Below, in pieces: positions 10,103 to 20,517 of a DNA stretch of 64,000 nt. The notes beneath the pieces are model-generated. The model saw only the letters and a program-made list of their open reading frames with translations. It did no database searches and was not told where the DNA came from. Origin of the DNA: Acidimicrobiia bacterium (lineage in GTDB: Bacteria; Actinomycetota; Acidimicrobiia; Acidimicrobiales; Bin134); the NCBI GenBank assembly GCA_022827725.1, contig JAJEIJ010000028.1, positions 8,795 through 72,794 on the forward strand. The letters run 5' to 3'. How positions within the stretch are numbered: position 1 is the first letter of the stretch; every line of letters begins with the position of its first letter. Both the position numbers and the translations under genes were made by a program.

Positions 10103-10106
<4 letters not shown>
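8862..10106 (-). CDS. Fold-type II PLP-dependent enzyme (threonine synthase / Trp-synthase beta-like family)
   Basis: PLP-lysine context VVKDETDNVSGSHKARHTF, a glycine-rich loop (YIQVGGGALATS) and SGSAGLAG. I set the start at ATG 10106 (MIQGLTCSCG...) because it forms an ATGA overlap with the upstream stop. The ORF-track extension to 10325 is G/P/R-rich and overlaps the upstream gene. Confidence 0.7.
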
Positions 10107-11653
<1,547 letters not shown>

Positions 11654-11717
11654 CCGCGTCAGCGTTACAGGCTACTCTCTTGGGGCTGGCTCGCTGAGCC
11701 GATTCAAGGAGGGAAAT

Positions 11718-12920
11718 ATGGCTAAGAAGTTCTTGCTGAAGCTGCTGGTGGTTGTGGCGACGATCACGTTGGTTGCTGTTGGGTGCGGCAACGACGACGA
11801 TGATGCTGCACCTGAGCCGGCGCCGGCCCCGGCGACTGAGGCCCCGGAACCGGAACCGGCGGCAACTGAGGCGCCCGAGCCCGAGCCGATGGCCACAGAG
11901 GCGCCGATGGACGACGAGGTCGTCGCCGCGTTCGTCTTTGTGGGCCCGGTGGGCGACGCAGGGTGGACATGGGCCCACGACCAGGGGCGCCGTTTTGCTG
12001 AGGAGCAGACGGGCGCAACCACGTTGTTCGTGGAGAACGTCCCCGAGGTTGCCGAGGACTTCCGCGCCGTTGTGGTGGACTTCATCGAGAACGAGGGGGC
12101 CGACGTGATTTTCGGCACCTCCTTCGGCTACATGGACCCGATGGAGGAGCTGGCCGGCGAGTACCCGGATGTGGTGTTCGAGCACGCCAGCGGGTTCAAG
12201 ATGAACGACACCAACTTCGGCAACTTCTTCGGCCGGATGTACCAGCCCCGCTACCTGTCGGGGATGGCCGCGGGCGCCATGACCGAGACCAACCAGATCG
12301 GCTATGTGGCCGCCTTCCCGATTCCCGAAGTGCTGAGGGGCATCAACGCCTTCACCCTGGGAGCACAGCGGACCAATCCCGATGTGGAAGTCCACGTCAA
12401 CTGGACCTTCACCTGGTTCGACCCGGCCCTTGAGGGCGATACCGCCTCGGCGCTGCTGGAAGCCGGCGCCGATGTGATCGCCATGCACCAAGACTCCACC
12501 GCACCCGGCATCGCCGCTCAGGAGGCCGGGGCCCGCTGGGTGTCGTACAACTCCGACATGAGCGCCTTCGCCCCCGATGCCTACATCACCGCGCCGGTGT
12601 GGAACTGGGGTCCGTACTACGCCCGGATCATCGAAGCGGTGGGCGCAGGCACCTACTCGCCGGGGGCCTATTGGGGCGGAATGGACGACGAGATCGTGAC
12701 CCTGGCTCCTCCGGCAGACGATGTGCCAGCCGAGGTTGTAGACGAAGTCATCGAAGTGTGGGACCAAATCGTCGCAGGCACCTGGGATGTGTTCACCGGA
12801 CCCATCATCGATCAGGACGGCAACGTGGTCGTGGCCGAAGGCGAGACGATGGACGACGGCGCCATGCTGGGCATGGGGTTTTTCGTCGAGGGTGTCGTCG
12901 GCAGCGCCGATCCGTCCTGA
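11718..12920 (+). CDS. BMP-family (PnrA-like) ABC transporter substrate-binding lipoprotein, probably binding nucleosides or purines
   Basis: Signal peptide plus lipobox (LVAVGCGNDDDD), an acidic Pro/Glu-rich tether, then a BMP-family core (FVFVGPVGDAGWTWAHDQGRR, GYVAAFPIPEV, APGIAAQEAG). An AAGGAGGG Shine-Dalgarno sequence lies upstream of the ATG. Confidence 0.85.
   Translation: MAKKFLLKLLVVVATITLVAVGCGNDDDDAAPEPAPAPATEAPEPEPAATEAPEPEPMATEAPMDDEVVAAFVFVGPVGDAGWTWAHDQGRRFAEEQTGATTLFVENVPEVAEDFRAVVVDFIENEGADVIFGTSFGYMDPMEELAGEYPDVVFEHASGFKMNDTNFGNFFGRMYQPRYLSGMAAGAMTETNQIGYVAAFPIPEVLRGINAFTLGAQRTNPDVEVHVNWTFTWFDPALEGDTASALLEAGADVIAMHQDSTAPGIAAQEAGARWVSYNSDMSAFAPDAYITAPVWNWGPYYARIIEAVGAGTYSPGAYWGGMDDEIVTLAPPADDVPAEVVDEVIEVWDQIVAGTWDVFTGPIIDQDGNVVVAEGETMDDGAMLGMGFFVEGVVGSADPS
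11835..11906. repeat. 30-nt tandem repeat (about 2.4 units) inside the lipoprotein tether
   Basis: Units at 11835-11864 and 11865-11894, plus a partial third. They encode TEAPEPEPAA / TEAPEPEPMA / TEAP. Confidence 0.8.
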
Positions 12921-12949
12921 CCCCAGCCGGGAGTATCCCGTAACCAGAA

Positions 12950-14467
12950 ATGGCATCTACTGATGCCGACTATGCGGTCTGGCTCCGGGGAATTGAGAAG
13001 CAGTTCCCCGGAGTGATCGCTTGTGCCGGGGCTGACCTGCGGGTACGCCCCGGCACCATTCACGCGCTGCTGGGGGAGAACGGCGCGGGCAAGACCACCA
13101 TGGTCAGCGTTCTGTCGGGCGTCTACCGGCCCGACGGCGGCGAGGTGTGGGTGAACGGCAAGCGGCGCTTCTTCCAGTCGCCGGCCGATGCCATAGCCGC
13201 GGGGGTGGGCATGGTGTATCAGGAGTTCCGGCTGGTGCCCACCCTGACGGTGGCTGAGAACATCGTGCTGGGGGCCGCGCCGGAGCTGCTGCGGAGTGCG
13301 GAGATCGAGGAGCGGGTGGCTGAGCTGTCGGCGGCCTATGGCATGGCTGCCGACCCCACCCGCCCCGTGTGGCAGCTCTCGATGGGCGAGCGGCAGCGGG
13401 TTGAGATCCTCAAGGCCCTGTGGCGGAACGCCTCGGTGCTGGTCATGGACGAGCCCACCGCGGTGCTGACGCCGGGGGAGGCGGCAGAGCTGGGGCTCAC
13501 CCTGAAGGCCATGGCCGAGGACGGCCGCTCGATCATCTACATCAGCCACAAGCTCGACCAGGTGGTGGCCTTCTGCGACGAGGCCACCGTGCTGCGCCAG
13601 GGCAAAACCGTGGCCACCGTGGACAACTTGGACGATGTGGACCTCTCCTCCTTGGCCGAGATGATGGTGGGTTCGTCCGGGGGCGGTTATGTTCAGCGCC
13701 CGCCGGCGCTGGAAGCCGGTCCCGAAGTCCTTGCTCTGCAAGGCATCAGCGCCCTCAATGACCGAGGGTTGCCGGCGCTGGCCGACATCAACATGACTGT
13801 TCACTCCGGTGAGATAGTGGGCATCGTCGGGGTGTCGGGCAATGGCCAGAAGGAACTGGCCGAGGTAGTAACCGGATTGCGCCAGCCTTCTCAGGGCCGG
13901 GTTACGTTCAAGGAGCAGGACGTCACCGAAGCGTCACCTGCGGATCGCTACCGCCTTGGGCTGGCCTATGTGCCCGAAGACCGCATCGGCGTGGGGTTGG
14001 CGCCCAAGATGTCGGTGGTGGACAACGCAGTGGTGCGGTCGTACCGATCTCAGCGTCGGGGACTCATGTTGGTGATGGCCAAGTGCGTCCAATTCTGCCA
14101 AGACTTGGTGGAGCGCTTCGGAGTGCGGGCGGGCCGGCTGCACGACCCGGTTGCCGGGCTTTCGGGCGGCAACCTCCAGCGGCTGCTGCTGGGCCGGGAG
14201 CTGGCCGAACAGCCTGCGGTGCTGGTTGCGGCCCAGCCCACTCGCGGCTTGGACGTGCAGGGCGTTGCCGCCATACAGAGCCATTTGGCGGACCAGCGAG
14301 CCGATGGTGTGGGAATTCTGTTGATCTCAGAGGACTTGGACGAATTGCTGGCGCTTTCCGATCGCCTCCTGGTGATGTTCGAGGGCCGGGTGGTGGCCGA
14401 GTATGGCCCGGATGTGACCCCGCGAACCGTGATCGGCGAGGCCATGGCCGGGCAGGTACGGGCATGA
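12950..14467 (+). CDS. ABC transporter ATP-binding protein with two fused ABC domains
   Basis: 505-aa ORF. Walker A motifs GENGAGKTT and GVSGNGQKE, signature motifs LSMGERQRVEI and LSGGNLQRLLL, and Walker B motifs VLVMDEPT and VLVAAQPTRGLD. Confidence 0.9.
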   Translation: MASTDADYAVWLRGIEKQFPGVIACAGADLRVRPGTIHALLGENGAGKTTMVSVLSGVYRPDGGEVWVNGKRRFFQSPADAIAAGVGMVYQEFRLVPTLTVAENIVLGAAPELLRSAEIEERVAELSAAYGMAADPTRPVWQLSMGERQRVEILKALWRNASVLVMDEPTAVLTPGEAAELGLTLKAMAEDGRSIIYISHKLDQVVAFCDEATVLRQGKTVATVDNLDDVDLSSLAEMMVGSSGGGYVQRPPALEAGPEVLALQGISALNDRGLPALADINMTVHSGEIVGIVGVSGNGQKELAEVVTGLRQPSQGRVTFKEQDVTEASPADRYRLGLAYVPEDRIGVGLAPKMSVVDNAVVRSYRSQRRGLMLVMAKCVQFCQDLVERFGVRAGRLHDPVAGLSGGNLQRLLLGRELAEQPAVLVAAQPTRGLDVQGVAAIQSHLADQRADGVGILLISEDLDELLALSDRLLVMFEGRVVAEYGPDVTPRTVIGEAMAGQVRA

Positions 14468-14530
14468 TCCGGCCGGTGCTGGACCGAGGGGACCGGGCAT
14501 GATCCGACCGGTATTGGCCCGGAGGGAGCG
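14461..14530. repeat. 35-nt tandem duplication spanning the ATPase-stop / permease-start junction
   Basis: Copy 1 (14461-14495, ggcatgatccggccggtgctggaccgaggggaccg) and copy 2 (14496-14530, ggcatgatccgaccggtattggcccggagggagcg) match at 28 of 35 positions by hand alignment. Confidence 0.8.
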
Positions 14531-15611
14531 GGTGGTGCCCGCCACTCAAGCAGCGGGCTTTGTGCTCGGCGTTGTGGTGGCGTTGATACTGGGCGCCATC
14601 TTGCTGTGGGTGTCGGACCACAGCCCGGCCGAGGTTTACGAGCGGATGTTCGACTCCGCTTTCAAGGGGACTGATTCGCTGTCGCGCACCCTGGAGCGGG
14701 CCACGCCGCTGGCGCTCACCGGCCTGTCGGTGGCGGTGGCCGGGTCGATGGGCCTGTGGAACATCGGGGCCGAAGGGCAGATGATGGCCGGCGCCATCGT
14801 CGCCACCGGCGTGGCCATGATGGCCGACGGGCTCTCCGGCCCGCTGCTCATCGCCCTGATGATGGTGTCGGGGGTTGTCGGCGGCATGGCGCTGATGATC
14901 GGTCCTGCGCTGGCTCGTTCCCATCTCCGGGTGAGCGAGATCATCACCACCCTGATGCTGGTGTATGTGGCCATCCGGGTGGTTGAGTGGTTGGAGACAG
15001 GCCCGTGGAAGGATCCCGAGTCCTTCGGCTTCGCGGTGATCGAGCCGGTGCCCGAGCAGGCCGCGTTGCCCGGGCTTTTCGGCCGGGCCAACATCGGAAT
15101 GCTGATCGCCTTGGGCTTGCTCCTTGTGTTCTGGCTGGCGGTGTCCCGAACGGCATGGGGCTATGAGCTGCGCTTGGCGGGCTCATCGCCCGATACCGCC
15201 CGCTATGCCGGCGTCTCGTTGCGGCGCAAGGTGCTGACCGCGCTGCTGCTGTCGGGCGGCATCGCCGGTTTGGCCGGGGCAGTGCAGCTCACCGGGTCGG
15301 CCGCCCGCCTGGAATCGGGATTGTCCAACGGATACGGCTTTGCCGGGATAATCGTGGCCGCCCTGGCCCTCATGCGCCCCTCGGGGGTGGCGGTGGTGGC
15401 CTTCGTCTTCGGTGCGGTGCAGGTGGGGGGCCAGAGCATCCAGACGCTGGGAGTCAGCTCGGCCATCGCCGACATCTTGCAGGCCATGATCCTGTTCGGC
15501 GCCCTGGTGGCCGTGGTGTTCTTCAACTACCGGATTCAATGGTCCGGGCCGGGGGGAGGGTCGTCGATTGCCGAGTCCGGTGAACCCGATCTTGCCGGGG
15601 AAGTGGCCTGA
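14499..15611 (+). CDS. ABC transporter permease (BMP/ribose-type, branched-chain permease fold)
   Basis: 370-aa multi-TM ORF with the typical NIGAEGQMMAG motif, following the ATPase gene. Confidence 0.85.
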   Translation: MIRPVLARRERVVPATQAAGFVLGVVVALILGAILLWVSDHSPAEVYERMFDSAFKGTDSLSRTLERATPLALTGLSVAVAGSMGLWNIGAEGQMMAGAIVATGVAMMADGLSGPLLIALMMVSGVVGGMALMIGPALARSHLRVSEIITTLMLVYVAIRVVEWLETGPWKDPESFGFAVIEPVPEQAALPGLFGRANIGMLIALGLLLVFWLAVSRTAWGYELRLAGSSPDTARYAGVSLRRKVLTALLLSGGIAGLAGAVQLTGSAARLESGLSNGYGFAGIIVAALALMRPSGVAVVAFVFGAVQVGGQSIQTLGVSSAIADILQAMILFGALVAVVFFNYRIQWSGPGGGSSIAESGEPDLAGEVA

Positions 15612-16567
15612 TGTCGGAAGCGGCCCTCATCGGATTGTTCGTGGCCACCGTGCAGTTCGGCACCCTGGTGTTTCTGGCCGCCCTCGGAGAGCTCATCGCA
15701 GAGCGGGCCGGCGTGCTCAACCTCGGAGTCGAGGGGATGATGACCATGGGCGCGGTCAGCGGCTTCATGGTGGGGCTGGAAACGGGGAGTCCGTGGGCCG
15801 CGTTTTTCGCCGCCGCCGCGGTGGGTTCGCTGGTGGGCGGATTCCACGCCCTGGTCAGCGTGGTTTTGGGCGCTGATCAGGTGGTGTCCGGCTTGGCCCT
15901 CACCATCGGCGGTTTGGGACTGGCCGCCTATGTGGGGCGCAACGTGGTGGGGGAGCGGCCCGAGACCCAGTTCACCGATCTGGGGATTGCCGGGTTGGCC
16001 GACATTCCCTGGATCGGGGAGATCTTCTTCGACCAGCCGCCGGTGGTTTACCTAACTGTGCTGCTCGGACTGGCGGTGTGGTTCGTGCTGGCCCGCACCC
16101 GGCTGGGGCTGGCCATCAGGGCGGTGGGGGAGTCGGCCGCCACCACAGATACCGCCGGCCATTCGGTAATGGCGCTGCGCTCGGTGGCGGTCATGGTTGG
16201 CGGAGCGTTCGCCGGGGCGGCCGGCTCGTTTCTGTCGCTGTACATGGCTCCGGGCTGGACCGAGGGCATGGTGGCCGGCCGGGGGTGGATCGCGGTGGCT
16301 CTGGTGATCTTCGGCGCGTGGCGGCCCGGTCGGCTGGCGCTGGGCGCACTGCTGTTCGGCTTCACGCTGGCCCTGCAACCCCGGTTGCAGACCTTCGACA
16401 TCGAGGTCTTGGGACTGGACGTAAGCAGCATTTCGCCGGCGCTGCTCGGCATCCTCCCGTTCGTGCTCACCGTGGTGGTGCTGGTGATCATCAGCTGGCG
16501 CCATCGCCACCGCCCGTCGGTGGCGCCCGCCGCGCTGGGCCTGCCCTATCGCCGGGAAGAGCGCTGA
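15611..16567 (+). CDS. ABC transporter permease (second membrane component)
   Basis: 318-aa multi-TM ORF with LNLGVEGMMTMGA. There is a 1-nt TGATG overlap with the previous permease. Confidence 0.85.
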   Translation: MSEAALIGLFVATVQFGTLVFLAALGELIAERAGVLNLGVEGMMTMGAVSGFMVGLETGSPWAAFFAAAAVGSLVGGFHALVSVVLGADQVVSGLALTIGGLGLAAYVGRNVVGERPETQFTDLGIAGLADIPWIGEIFFDQPPVVYLTVLLGLAVWFVLARTRLGLAIRAVGESAATTDTAGHSVMALRSVAVMVGGAFAGAAGSFLSLYMAPGWTEGMVAGRGWIAVALVIFGAWRPGRLALGALLFGFTLALQPRLQTFDIEVLGLDVSSISPALLGILPFVLTVVVLVIISWRHRHRPSVAPAALGLPYRREER

Positions 16568-16601
16568 GTCAATCGCCCTGAGCGGGGAGTAGGGTTCCCC
16601 G

Positions 16602-17801
16602 ATGGCTGTGAACACCACGCCGGGCACGGCGCGCTCGTTCTGGCCTTACTTTGTTGTCACCGGCTCATTGTCGATGGGCTACGGCTCGCTGTTCACCCTA
16701 CTGGCCGAGTTCCGGGAGAAGCTGGGCTTCAGCGAGACCGAGTTGGGGTTCATCATCGCGGTGGGCTTTTTGGCCGGCTTCATCGCCCAAGTCGGATTGG
16801 CCCGGTTCGCCGATCGGGGATACGTCCGGGTACTCGTCCACGGCGGAGTGCTCATAGCCATCTTGTCCATGCTCAGCATGGCGATGACCGACGAAGTGTG
16901 GCAGTTCACCGCCGCCCGGTTCTTCTTGGGCGCGGGAACCGGCGCCACTGGTCCCGCCATTCGCCGAATTCTCATCACCAGAGAGCCTGCCAACATGGGC
17001 AAGAACCTGGGCACGATGGGGGCCTTCGACATAAGTGGCTTCGTGCTTGGGCCGGTGGTGGCCGGGCTTCTGGCCGAGTTCGTCAACTTGCGGGCTCCCT
17101 TCATATTCATGGCTGGTCTCTACGCGTTGATCTACTTCTGGATTTTCCGGCTGGATCTGTCGGCGGGACAGGTGGCTGCAACCAAAGTGCCGGTACGGCA
17201 TCTCTTCCGCATCCGACCCCTCAATTCCGGGATGCTGGCCGGGGCCGCGTTCTTCACCACCATCGGAGTGTTCGAGACCTCGTGGGCGGTGCTGCTCGAC
17301 GACCTCGGGGCCGGCACGCTGGTCATCGCTGCTTCCATTGCCCTGTTCGCCATACCGATGATTCCGCTGGCCCCTCTTGGGGGCAAGATCGCCCAACAGC
17401 GGGGACCCATGCGGTTGATGCCCTTTTCGATCATGGGGGCGGTGGCCTGCATGATGGTTTACGGCTACGTGGACTTTCTGTGGGTGCTCATCGGGGTGTC
17501 GGCCGCCCACGCGATCTTCGATGCCTTCACCCTGCCGGCCGGACAACTGGCTGTGGCGGTGTCGGCTCCTCCTGAGCAGGCGGCTGCCGCTCAAGGGCTC
17601 TACGGGGCATTGGGCCTGGTCATTGCGGGGATAGCCGCGCTGGTCACCGGGTGGGTCTACGAGAACTGGGGTGCCGAAGCCTTGTTCACCGGCTCGTCGA
17701 TCATCATGGTGGTGGCCCTGGCTGGCGCCATCACACTGGGCGAGGAGCTCATGGGCCCTGACGGCCGCTCGGCCAAGGAGCCCGCCCCCGCCAGTTCCTA
17801 G
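16602..17801 (+). CDS. MFS transporter
   Basis: 399-aa ORF of about 12 predicted hydrophobic segments, with an MFS loop motif (GLARFADRGYVR). Confidence 0.85.
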   Translation: MAVNTTPGTARSFWPYFVVTGSLSMGYGSLFTLLAEFREKLGFSETELGFIIAVGFLAGFIAQVGLARFADRGYVRVLVHGGVLIAILSMLSMAMTDEVWQFTAARFFLGAGTGATGPAIRRILITREPANMGKNLGTMGAFDISGFVLGPVVAGLLAEFVNLRAPFIFMAGLYALIYFWIFRLDLSAGQVAATKVPVRHLFRIRPLNSGMLAGAAFFTTIGVFETSWAVLLDDLGAGTLVIAASIALFAIPMIPLAPLGGKIAQQRGPMRLMPFSIMGAVACMMVYGYVDFLWVLIGVSAAHAIFDAFTLPAGQLAVAVSAPPEQAAAAQGLYGALGLVIAGIAALVTGWVYENWGAEALFTGSSIIMVVALAGAITLGEELMGPDGRSAKEPAPASS

Positions 17802-17805
17802 CAAC

Positions 17806-18216
17806 TCAGTCGTGGCGAGGGTCGATCAAATCTATGCCGCAGGCTTCGAAGTCGCTGAGGTTGAGGGTGGCGAGCGGCATATCGTGCGCTAGGGCAGTAG
17901 CGGCAATAAAGCTGTCCTTTATGGGCATAGGTCGTCCTGAAGCGCGGAGCTGGGCGAGCAGGTCGGCCCAGCGGAGCCCCGTTTCGCCATCCCAGTCCAT
18001 GCAGTGGATGAGCTGGACGACTTCATTGAACCACCGCTCAAGCTTGAGGCGCCGCTTACCTTGTGGAAGCAGCAGGATCCCGTATCGGACTTCCCCCAAG
18101 ATCACGGGGTCTACGGCCAGTTCCCGCTCATTGCGGGCCAGCCATTCGATTACAGCGGTATCCGGGTCTGGTCTGGTGGGCTCGCACAGCACATTGGCGT
18201 CGACAAGTACCGTCAT
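17806..18216 (-). CDS. vapC: Type II toxin, PIN-domain VapC family
   Basis: 136-aa ORF. The N-terminal MTVLVDANVL carries the PIN acidic residue, and later acidic positions are present (DSFIAATA, NLSDF). An ATGA overlap links it to the upstream antitoxin gene. Confidence 0.85.
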   Translation of the reverse strand: MTVLVDANVLCEPTRPDPDTAVIEWLARNERELAVDPVILGEVRYGILLLPQGKRRLKLERWFNEVVQLIHCMDWDGETGLRWADLLAQLRASGRPMPIKDSFIAATALAHDMPLATLNLSDFEACGIDLIDPRHD

Positions 18217-18452
18217 GCAGGGTCAAGCGAGTCGGTTGTCTCAGATTCAATAGGGGAAAACCAGCCTTGGGCTGGGCAGGCCAGCAACTTGTCCACCAAA
18301 CCCTGGTTTTTGGGTGGATCGTCTGCTGACAGTCGATACTCGCCCCGTTCAATTCTCTCTACTTTGAAGGATTGACCCGGCCGTATGTCATCTTGCCGGC
18401 GCAATTCGGCGGGTAGGACGATTTGGCCCTTCGACGATATAACCGTCTTCAT
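18213..18452 (-). CDS. AbrB/MazE/SpoVT-family antitoxin (VapB-type)
   Basis: 79-aa ORF. The SpoVT-AbrB swapped-hairpin signature MKTVISSKGQIVLPAELRRQ is present, and the gene overlaps the PIN toxin gene. Confidence 0.8.
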   Translation of the reverse strand: MKTVISSKGQIVLPAELRRQDDIRPGQSFKVERIERGEYRLSADDPPKNQGLVDKLLACPAQGWFSPIESETTDSLDPA

Positions 18453-18456
18453 GGAA

Positions 18457-18475
18457 AGTAAGATACAGTCTTACT
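18457..18475 (-). promoter_or_regulatory. Inverted repeat immediately upstream of the AbrB-type antitoxin start; candidate autoregulatory operator
   Basis: AGTAAGA-tacag-TCTTACT has perfect 7-bp arms and lies 5-23 nt upstream of the antitoxin ATG (18452). Function is inferred only from position. Confidence 0.3.
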
Positions 18476-18519
18476 AGTGGCCTTGCAAGACCTTGGGCAC
18501 CACGGAGCTCATGCTGTTC

Positions 18520-20517
18520 TCAAGCTGATTCTGCTGGGCTGAGCTGCACCGGCAGGCCCGATTGCCAGACCATGCCGGTGAGGGGATCGACGTCTACTTC
18601 GGCGGTGGTGAGGGTGCAGACGTTGGGGTCGGCCCAGCCGTGGGGGATGGACACCGCCCCGGGGGCGATCTCGTCGCTGGTGCGGGCCGTGCCCACCAGC
18701 TCGCCGTGGGCGCTGCGCACCTGCACCGGCTGGCCGTCGGCGATGCCGTGGTCGGGATGGATCAGCACCTCGGGGCCCACATCGCCCAAGTCGCGGAGCT
18801 GCCCGTTCATGGTTCGCATCTGGCGGCGGGGCAACAGCACCACCGGCGCAGGGCGGTCGAGGTCGGCAAGCTGCGCCACCAGCGGCTCGGGGGCCAGTCG
18901 CCAGCGGCCTTCGGGCAGCACTCGGTTGAGAACCCAGCCGTGAACGGGGCTGGCTTCGCCCACCAACCCGCGTCGGGCGGCCAGCACGGTGGCGGCATCG
19001 CTGCGGCCCCGCTCGGCGATCAGTTCTAGGAGGTCTTCGTCGGTGGCAGTGTCGGGGTCGACTCCCCGGGGCAGCACTCCCACGCCCAGTCGGCGGCCCA
19101 GGTCGGCGAATACCTGCCACATGAGTTGGCGGTCGGCGCCGGGCGGTACTACGGCGGGGGTGTAGTGGGTGGCGATGGCCGGCTGGTAGGCGTCCAGCAT
19201 CCAGGGCAGGTCGGCTCGCTCCAGTTGACCGGCCACCGGCAGCAGATGGGTGGCCAGCGCGGTGGTGTCGGTTTCCACCACGTCGGCCACCGCCAGCACG
19301 TCGAGAGATTCGAATGCTGCCTGGGTCCGGTTTCGATCGGGGAAGGCGATCAGCGGGTTGCCGCCCACTACCACCAGCGCCCGCACGTTGCCGGCCTCGA
19401 TCTCGTCTACCAAGGCCGCACACGGGTACTCCCCGAAGCGGCGGGGGAGCTCGGGACGGCTGGCCGGTCCGGGTTCGGGCTGGCCGTCGGAGGGCTGCCA
19501 ATCACGGGTGTCGAGCTGCATCAGATAGCCGGGGTTGAACCACATCCCGCCCGGCTGGTCGTAAGAGCCGGTGACCACGGCCAGCGCCCACAGCAGCCAC
19601 TCGGTGACGTTGGCGTGGCGGCCCATGGACACTCCGGTACCCGACAGCACCGATAATCGGCCCGCGGTTCGCACCGCGTCGAGGAGATCGAGCAGTTCGT
19701 CGGGGTCTAGCCCGGTTCCGGCTGCCGCACGGTCCAAGGTGAATGGCGCCACCGCGGCGGTGAGGTCTTCTACCCCTAACGAGTGCTCGTTCAAGTAGTC
19801 CCAGTCGGCCCCATCGTCGAGCAGCTCACGCACCAGCCAGCCCAGGATCAGGTAGTCGGTGCTGGGCCGGGGGGCCAGATGGCGGTCGGCGAGGCGGGCG
19901 GTCTCGGTGCGGCGGGGGTCGATCACCCACACCGGGCCCCGTTCTTGCTGGGCCCGAAGTCGGCGGATGGGATCAGCCAGTCCGTTTCCGTGGCCGTGGG
20001 ACACCACCGGATTGGTGCCCACCAAAAGGAGCATCCGGGCTGACTCCTGATCCCACATGGGGGTGATCCCCGACCAGCCGCCCATGAGTTCGGCTACCAG
20101 CGGGCGCATGGGAGTGTCGATGGTGGTGGCGGTGTACTTCTGGAGGGAGCCAATGGCACCCAGGAACCGCTCGGCGGCCCGGCGGCCGTTGGCGTCATAG
20201 GCCGAGCCGCTGGCCAGGTACATGGCCACCGCGTCAGGGCCGCTTTCTTCGATGATGGCGGCTAGGCGGCTGCCCAGGTCGTCGAGGCATCGGTCCCACC
20301 CCACGGCCTGTTCGCCGATTTGGGGTCGGTCGAGCCGGTGCGGGTGGTGGTGCCACTCGGGCAGCGCCCGGCCCTTGGGACAGGTGTAGCCCTGGGAGAT
20401 GGGGTGGGCGTCGTCGCCCCTTACCTTTAATACTCGGTCGCCCTCGACGGTGACCGTGATGCCGCACATGGCGGTGCAAATGCGGCAGAAGGAGTGGACC
20501 TCCTGAGCCCTAGACAA
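18520..20517 (-). CDS. Molybdopterin (MopB superfamily) oxidoreductase with an N-terminal [4Fe-4S] motif
   Basis: 665-aa ORF. It has the Cys cluster HSFCRICTAMCGITV...YTCPKGRAL, MGD-binding regions, and a C-terminal molybdopterin dinucleotide-binding beta-barrel. Confidence 0.8.
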   Translation of the reverse strand: MSRAQEVHSFCRICTAMCGITVTVEGDRVLKVRGDDAHPISQGYTCPKGRALPEWHHHPHRLDRPQIGEQAVGWDRCLDDLGSRLAAIIEESGPDAVAMYLASGSAYDANGRRAAERFLGAIGSLQKYTATTIDTPMRPLVAELMGGWSGITPMWDQESARMLLLVGTNPVVSHGHGNGLADPIRRLRAQQERGPVWVIDPRRTETARLADRHLAPRPSTDYLILGWLVRELLDDGADWDYLNEHSLGVEDLTAAVAPFTLDRAAAGTGLDPDELLDLLDAVRTAGRLSVLSGTGVSMGRHANVTEWLLWALAVVTGSYDQPGGMWFNPGYLMQLDTRDWQPSDGQPEPGPASRPELPRRFGEYPCAALVDEIEAGNVRALVVVGGNPLIAFPDRNRTQAAFESLDVLAVADVVETDTTALATHLLPVAGQLERADLPWMLDAYQPAIATHYTPAVVPPGADRQLMWQVFADLGRRLGVGVLPRGVDPDTATDEDLLELIAERGRSDAATVLAARRGLVGEASPVHGWVLNRVLPEGRWRLAPEPLVAQLADLDRPAPVVLLPRRQMRTMNGQLRDLGDVGPEVLIHPDHGIADGQPVQVRSAHGELVGTARTSDEIAPGAVSIPHGWADPNVCTLTTAEVDVDPLTGMVWQSGLPVQLSPAESA

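Noticed and set aside
11835-11906. Short tandem repeats at 11835-11906, 24552-24611 and 44421-44530 as possible CRISPR-like or regulatory arrays
   Set aside because: They are in frame within lipoprotein genes, have no unique spacers, and encode Pro/Glu/Asp low-complexity tethers. No CRISPR array or cas gene is present in the window.
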